Assembly (NCBI GenBank): GCA_021785175.1
Contig: JAJYGH010000081.1
Coordinates: 40,245 to 104,244 of the forward strand
Length of the DNA: 64,000 bases
DNA from: Chloroflexota bacterium
GTDB taxonomy: Bacteria > Chloroflexota > Limnocylindria > Limnocylindrales > CSP1-4
Direction of reading: 5' to 3'
Position numbers and translations under genes: made by a program. Shown here one piece after another: positions 63,404 through 64,000 of this stretch. Every line of letters starts with the position of its first letter. Positions within the stretch are counted from its first letter, which is position 1. The notes under the pieces are model-generated. The model was given only the letters and a program-made list of their open reading frames with translations. It was not told where the DNA came from and did not search any database.

Positions 63404-64000
63404 CTACATCCGGAAGACGCCGAACCGCGTTTCCGGGATCGCCGCGTGCAGCGATGCCTCGATCCCCATCGCGAGCACGCGGCGCGTGTCGAGGGGGTCG
63501 ATGACCCCGTCGTCCCACAACCGCGCCGTCGCATACCAGGGCGAGCCCTCGCGCTCGTAGGCCTCGAGGATCGGCGCCTCGAACGCATCGCGCTCCGCGT
63601 CCGACGCCCATCGCCCGCCCGGCAGCGACGCCTCGCGCACCGTCGACAGCACGCGTGCCGCCTGCTGTCCGCCCATCACGCTGATCCGGCTGTTCGGCCA
63701 CGACCACAGGAACCGCGGCTGGTACGCGCGCCCGGCCATCGCGTAGTTGCCGGCTCCAAAGCTGCCCCCGATGAGCACCGTGAACTTCGGCACCTCCGCG
63801 CACGCGACAGCGGTCACGAGCTTCGCGCCGTGCTTCGCGATCCCGCCCGCCTCGTACTCGCGCCCGACCATGAACCCGGCGATGTTCTGGAGGAACACGA
63901 GCGGGATACGGCGCTGCGCGGCGAGCTCGATGAAGTGGGCGCCCTTGACCGCCGACTCGGAGAACAGGATCCCGTCGTTCGCGAGGATCGCGACGGGATA
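63404..64000 (-). CDS. Methylcrotonyl-CoA carboxylase carboxyltransferase (beta) subunit, 5'-truncated by window edge
   Basis: [45 protein letters not shown]. Confidence 0.93.
   Translation of the reverse strand, partial: YPVAILANDGILFSESAVKGAHFIELAAQRRIPLVFLQNIAGFMVGREYEAGGIAKHGAKLVTAVACAEVPKFTVLIGGSFGAGNYAMAGRAYQPRFLWSWPNSRISVMGGQQAARVLSTVREASLPGGRWASDAERDAFEAPILEAYEREGSPWYATARLWDDGVIDPLDTRRVLAMGIEASLHAAIPETRFGVFRM

Overview
Very GC-rich bacterial chromosomal segment of mostly metabolic genes. Gene content and the leaderless gene architecture suggest Chloroflexota (e.g. Limnocylindria-like) or an Actinomycetota-like lineage; this is inference only. Left to right: a split molybdenum-hydroxylase large subunit plus cupin; pxpABC; an orphan CpaF/TadA ATPase fused to a degenerate RidA-like domain; a TAP-like lipoprotein hydrolase; VIT1 transporter with a small Cys-rich partner; a PAP2/Aur1-like protein, mtnP and rhodanese; a BNR-repeat protein plus a MoaD/ThiS protein whose GG end is capped; AraC plus an OYE-family flavoenzyme; fdhD; HAD and two Gfo/Idh/MocA genes; kgd and aspC; a GGDEF/HD-GYP protein; azlCD; AMMECR1; acs; a complete selenocysteine locus (selD, tRNA-Sec, selA, selB) with a UGA-recoded formate dehydrogenase (SECIS visible), its Fe-S subunit and NrfD; a second Mo-hydroxylase; and a leucine/methylcrotonyl-CoA catabolic cluster. 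No CRISPR array, rRNA, transposase or integrase was seen. The strongest novelty candidate is the CpaF-Rid fusion. Next are the apparently leaderless tRNA-Sec, the capped ubiquitin-like protein/beta-propeller pair, and two gene remnants. All family calls come from motif recognition by eye, not from database searches.
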